Positions 60,218 to 64,000 of a stretch of 64,000 bases of DNA are shown here, in pieces (position 1 is the stretch's first letter; every line of letters begins with the position of its first letter). Below the pieces are notes generated by a model. That model did not search any database. It was given only the letters and a program-made list of their open reading frames with translations, and was not told the origin of the DNA. Position numbers and translations under genes: made by a program. The stretch is from an uncultured bacterium. GTDB lineage: Bacteria; Hinthialibacterota; Hinthialibacteria; Hinthialibacterales; Hinthialibacteraceae. The stretch lies in contig CAYQOX010000027.1 in the NCBI GenBank assembly GCA_964419335.1, forward strand, positions 180 to 64,179, read 5' to 3'.

Positions 60218-61208
60218 ATTATTCCAAGAAGACCTGATGTCTCTTGGCGAACGCGCCCACCAAATGCGCTTGCAAACCACCGATCCCCTCTCCGTCACCT
60301 ATGTCGTTGATCGCAATATAAATTATTCCAACATCTGCTCCGCCCATTGCGATTTCTGCGCTTTTTACCGCAACCTCAAAGATACAGAAGGCTATGTCCT
60401 CCCCAATGAGGAAATCTACCGTAAAATTGACGAACTCATCCAAACGGGAGGCACCCAAGTTCTACTTCAAGGCGGCCTGCACCCTAAATTACCCCTCTCC
60501 TACTACTGCGAACTTTTACAAGGCATTAAGCAGCGTTTTGAGATCGATCTGCATGCCTTCTCCGCACCCGAAATCTTTCACTTTACCAAAGTAACAAAAA
60601 TGCCCATCGCCCACCTCCTGAGCCAATTGCAAGAAGCGGGGCTAGACACCATCCCCGGCGGCGGAGCCGAAATTCTCAGCGATCGAGTTCGCAAAAAAAT
60701 CACCCGGGGCAAATGCCTCACTCACGAATGGCTCGCCGTCCACGATGAAGCCCATCGACTCGGCATGCGCACCACCGCCACCATGATGTTCGGCCATATC
60801 GAAACCTTAGACGAACGTATCGAACACCTCGAACACATTCGCTCCCTCCAAGACCGCACCGGCGGCTTTACCGCCTTCATCCCCTGGACCTTCCAAGGCC
60901 ATAACACCCAAATGGAAGAAGTCCCTGAAGTGGGCTCCGTGGAATATCTAAAAACCCTGGCCATCTCACGCCTTTACTTGGACAACGTCCCCAACCTGCA
61001 AGCCTCCTTCATCACCCAAGGCAAACACGTGGGACAAATGTCCCTCTTCTTTGGCGCCAACGATATGGGAGGAACCATGATGGAAGAAAACGTCGTTGCC
61101 GCGACCGGCTCCCATCATTGCAGCAACGAAAATGAAGTACGCAAAATCATCGAAGATGCTGGCTTTTCTCCTCGTAAACGCAACACTCTTTATCAATATT
61201 TGAATTAA
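60174..61208 (+). CDS. mqnC: Cyclic dehypoxanthinyl futalosine synthase (futalosine menaquinone pathway)
   Basis: VDRNINYSNIC..CDFCAF, LQGG, PGGGAEIL, TMMFG, FIPWTFQ, MMEENVV. Confidence 0.9.
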   Translation: MPLTTTRLTPQAALELFQEDLMSLGERAHQMRLQTTDPLSVTYVVDRNINYSNICSAHCDFCAFYRNLKDTEGYVLPNEEIYRKIDELIQTGGTQVLLQGGLHPKLPLSYYCELLQGIKQRFEIDLHAFSAPEIFHFTKVTKMPIAHLLSQLQEAGLDTIPGGGAEILSDRVRKKITRGKCLTHEWLAVHDEAHRLGMRTTATMMFGHIETLDERIEHLEHIRSLQDRTGGFTAFIPWTFQGHNTQMEEVPEVGSVEYLKTLAISRLYLDNVPNLQASFITQGKHVGQMSLFFGANDMGGTMMEENVVAATGSHHCSNENEVRKIIEDAGFSPRKRNTLYQYLN

Positions 61209-61541
61209 TCATTTATTTACCATAACAACTGTTCACTTATTTTCTATCACACAAACCCGTATCGCAATATCCATCCAATTTTCTTTCTTTTCTCTCCCTC
61301 TCAAAAAAATATAAAAAGAAAGTTAATACTTTCGCTTTACAGACCTATAAAACAACAAACTTCCTCTCTTATAATAAGTTCAAATTGGGGGGTGGTACTT
61401 CCCCTTCACTTTAACTTTCATAACATGTTTTGCTATTATTAGGTGAATCTTTGTCCAAATTGGTTGAACTTGTATGGCTGTGCAAATGAACCGTTTTCAT
61501 AAACGGTATGAAAAAATTCAAGTAGAAGAAGGGAGAAAAGT

Positions 61542-62711
61542 ATGAGTTTGAATCTCGCAAGTCTAGTGGCAATCACAAGTGTATTTGGTTTGGGGATGAC
61601 GTTGGCGTTGCTCGGCAGTGTGAAACTACGCTTGACAGAACAGTTGGGAATCGATGACGCACAATTCGGAAAACTGTTTTCAGTGTTTAATTTCAGTAAT
61701 TTCGTTTTCGTCCTTGTCGCAGGGGTTGTCTGCGATGTTCTCGGTTATAAAACCATCGCGATCATCGGTTACCTTGCTGGCGCCATTTCATTCTTCATTT
61801 TTGGCCAAGCCAAAAATTACGGAATGGCCATTATGGCCTGTCTTTTACTCGGGATCGGCGGTATGTTCATGAACACCGCCGGGAATGTACTCCTCGGGGA
61901 TTCCACCATCCTCTTCGAAGACCCCTCGCGTTCTAACAACCTCGGAAATGTCTTCTTTGGCCTTGGTGCTTTCTTAACCCCGATGATCATTACCTACTTG
62001 TGCAAAAAGATGCAACTTGGCGGGGCCATGACCGTATTGGCCATTATTATTGTTTTCCCACTTATCTTTGCCTTAACCGCGGCGTTTCCCGAAGCTCCGG
62101 AAGGTTTTAGCTTCGGTGTAGCGACCACCCTCCTCGGCCAAACCCAGGTTATCTTTTGTGCCCTAACTCTCCTGTGCTATGTCGCTTTGGAAGTCTCCAT
62201 GGGCGGATGGATCACCACTTACATGACTTATTTGGGTGCAGAAGAAGCCAAAGCCTCCCAAGTGCTTTCTTACTTCTGGGTCTGCATCATGATTGGCCGT
62301 CTGGTTACCGCCCTGGTCGTTGGCGAATATCTTTTCGAAATCGGTATCCATGGTGCCTGGTACATTCTCTTCTTGGCCATTGTTGCCTCCGTTGTTCTCT
62401 TCTCCATGACCAAAATTAGCAGCATCGGATCCGCAACCATCGCAATTATCATTACCGGTTTAGCCTTCGCACCCATATTCCCCACCACCATCGGCTTGCT
62501 CTTTACTCGTACAGACCAGGCCTTTTGGGGAACCGGCTTCAGCCTGATCTTCGCCGTTGGTTTGCTCGGCGCCATTTTTGTTCCTGCTTGGATGGGTTCC
62601 ATCTCTCGTGGAAAAACCATCAAAGCCAGTATGGGCGTAGCCGGGGGTACAGCGGTCATTCTCTGTGTGATCGCTTTATTGATGGGCTTTCTCTTACCTG
62701 CTCCTCTCTAA
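61542..62711 (+). CDS. MFS transporter (fucose/glucose permease-like)
   Basis: About 12 hydrophobic segments; FFGLGA, YVALE...WITTY, APIFPT. Confidence 0.85.
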   Translation: MSLNLASLVAITSVFGLGMTLALLGSVKLRLTEQLGIDDAQFGKLFSVFNFSNFVFVLVAGVVCDVLGYKTIAIIGYLAGAISFFIFGQAKNYGMAIMACLLLGIGGMFMNTAGNVLLGDSTILFEDPSRSNNLGNVFFGLGAFLTPMIITYLCKKMQLGGAMTVLAIIIVFPLIFALTAAFPEAPEGFSFGVATTLLGQTQVIFCALTLLCYVALEVSMGGWITTYMTYLGAEEAKASQVLSYFWVCIMIGRLVTALVVGEYLFEIGIHGAWYILFLAIVASVVLFSMTKISSIGSATIAIIITGLAFAPIFPTTIGLLFTRTDQAFWGTGFSLIFAVGLLGAIFVPAWMGSISRGKTIKASMGVAGGTAVILCVIALLMGFLLPAPL

Positions 62712-62741
62712 ACCAAACCATCTACTATTAAAATGTAAAAT

Positions 62742-62771
62742 AGAGGGCGTGGATCATACCACGCCCTTTTT
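62742..62771 (+). terminator. Rho-independent terminator
   Basis: AGGGCGTGG-atcata-CCACGCCCTTTTT. Confidence 0.85.
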
Positions 62772-62857
62772 ATCTTCACCCGATTGCTTTCTGTTGATTT
62801 CTCCACAAAATGAAGTAACACTTCAACCAGTACATTTTTTTTAAGGATAATGGCCCC

Positions 62858-63592
62858 TTGCTAGGATTCTTTATCACCGGAACCGATACAGAAATCGGCA
62901 AGACATTAATAACATCCTTTCTTACCTTAGGTTTGCGGCAAGAAGGAATAAACACTTGCCCGATCAAACCCCTCGCCACCGGTGCACTTCAAATCGATGG
63001 CGAAGCCGTCTCGGAAGACGCCCAAGTCTACCAACGGCTATGTGGTCTATCCGAACCGCTCAAAACCCTCAACCCCTTTTGTCTCGATTATCCCGCCTCC
63101 CCCCATTTCTCCGCCCAGATACAGCAAATCCCCATCGATATGCAAAAAATCCATGACTCCATCCTCTCACTTTCGCAGCGTTATCAAGCCCTTCTCATCG
63201 AAGGGATTGGCGGCTGGATGGTGCCTATTCATGAAAACTATTTCGTCGCCGACTGGGCTTGCGACTTAAAACTTCCAGTGCTCGTGGTCTCGGCCAATAA
63301 ACTGGGAACCTTGAACCACACCCTATTAACTCTCGAATCCATCCGCGCCAAAAATCTCGAACCGGCCGGCGTCATTTTTACTCATCTCACCCCCGGCCCC
63401 CATTCTCCGGTACAAAAAAATAATACCCAAACCATTGAACGCTTGGGACATGTACCCATCTTGGGCAGCGTCCCTTACTTGTCTAACATACGCGAACAAA
63501 AACCCGAAATTATTTACGAAAGGATCAAGGATTCATTCCTATGGAACCGAATCAAAAACATCCTCTTCCACCCGAAGAAATCCAACGCTTGA
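62858..63592 (+). CDS. bioD: Dethiobiotin synthase
   Basis: [30 protein letters not shown]. Confidence 0.94.
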   Translation: MLGFFITGTDTEIGKTLITSFLTLGLRQEGINTCPIKPLATGALQIDGEAVSEDAQVYQRLCGLSEPLKTLNPFCLDYPASPHFSAQIQQIPIDMQKIHDSILSLSQRYQALLIEGIGGWMVPIHENYFVADWACDLKLPVLVVSANKLGTLNHTLLTLESIRAKNLEPAGVIFTHLTPGPHSPVQKNNTQTIERLGHVPILGSVPYLSNIREQKPEIIYERIKDSFLWNRIKNILFHPKKSNA

Positions 63593-64000
63593 AACAGTGG
63601 GACAAACAACACGTTTGGCACCCCTTCACTCAAATGTACGAATACGACAAATTCCCCCCTTTGATCATCTCCCATGCCGAAGGCGTATATCTCTATGACA
63701 TCGACGGCAATCAATATCTCGACGGCAATTCATCGCTGTGGGTGAATCTTCATGGACATAATCGCCCGGAAATCAACCATGCCATCGTGGATCAAATGCA
63801 GCAAATCTCGCACTCCACCATGCTGGGACAAGGAAATATTCCCGCCACCAAACTGGCCAAACGCTTAGTTGACCTCACTCCCCCGGGCTTGGAAAAAGTG
63901 TTTTATTCCGATAATGGATCAACCGCCAACGAAGTCGCTTTAAAAATGGCCTTTCAATACTGGCACCAGCTCGATCCCCCTCACCCCGAACGCAAAACCT
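63541..64000 (+). CDS. bioA: Adenosylmethionine-8-amino-7-oxononanoate transaminase, truncated by the window end
   Basis: Manual translation MEPNQK...HVWHPFTQM...[15 protein letters not shown]...FYSDNGS..EVALKMA. Confidence 0.92.
   Translation, partial: MEPNQKHPLPPEEIQRLKQWDKQHVWHPFTQMYEYDKFPPLIISHAEGVYLYDIDGNQYLDGNSSLWVNLHGHNRPEINHAIVDQMQQISHSTMLGQGNIPATKLAKRLVDLTPPGLEKVFYSDNGSTANEVALKMAFQYWHQLDPPHPERKT

Noticed and set aside
61486-61508. ACCGTTT-tcat-AAACGGT inverted repeat before the second MFS gene as a LacI-type operator
   Set aside because: Symmetry does not fit the LacI consensus well and there is no regulator nearby.
32865-62771. Similar AGAGGGCGT...ACGCCCT stems at 32865 and 62742 as a REP family
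   Set aside because: Only two copies with different loops, both in ordinary terminator positions.
1-64000. Many short alternative-frame ORFs, and a search for CRISPR arrays, tRNA/rRNA, transposases, integrases and defence genes
   Set aside because: The short ORFs are shadows of well-supported genes; no repeat-spacer arrays, cloverleafs or mobile-element motifs were recognised.

Overview
Gene-dense bacterial chromosomal segment. It comes from a diderm: it encodes TolC/RND efflux, Tat and lipoproteins. I found no rRNA, tRNA, CRISPR array or recognisable mobile element. Contents in order: a Cus-type heavy-metal RND efflux operon with two TolC-family genes; GH78 rhamnosidase-BlaI-sulfatase; rlmD; a Tat-signal fucose-isomerase-like protein; LysM/M23 and M10-like peptidases; hpf-pta-ackA-GH140; an EF-G paralogue; hemW-lepB-lepB-coaX; iscS and pdaD; two STAS proteins and tatA plus an unannotated tatA paralogue; znuABC headed by a ribbon-helix-helix/Cys-rich regulator; a CheD-HDOD-REC-CheX module facing Hpt and HD-GYP genes; thyX; an ECF sigma/anti-sigma operon; CotH; wcaJ; mqnC; bioD and partial bioA. 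The strongest novelty candidates are three. (1) A shared C-terminal tail, [VI]-x-x-W-x-[LI]-[YH]-stop, on three unrelated secreted proteins, suggesting an uncharacterised sorting or anchoring system. (2) A putative non-Zur zinc sensor with a palindromic operator in front of znuABC. (3) A sigma54-driven, highly structured non-coding RNA or leader at about 33.4-33.6 kb. All product calls come from motif recognition by eye, not from database searches.
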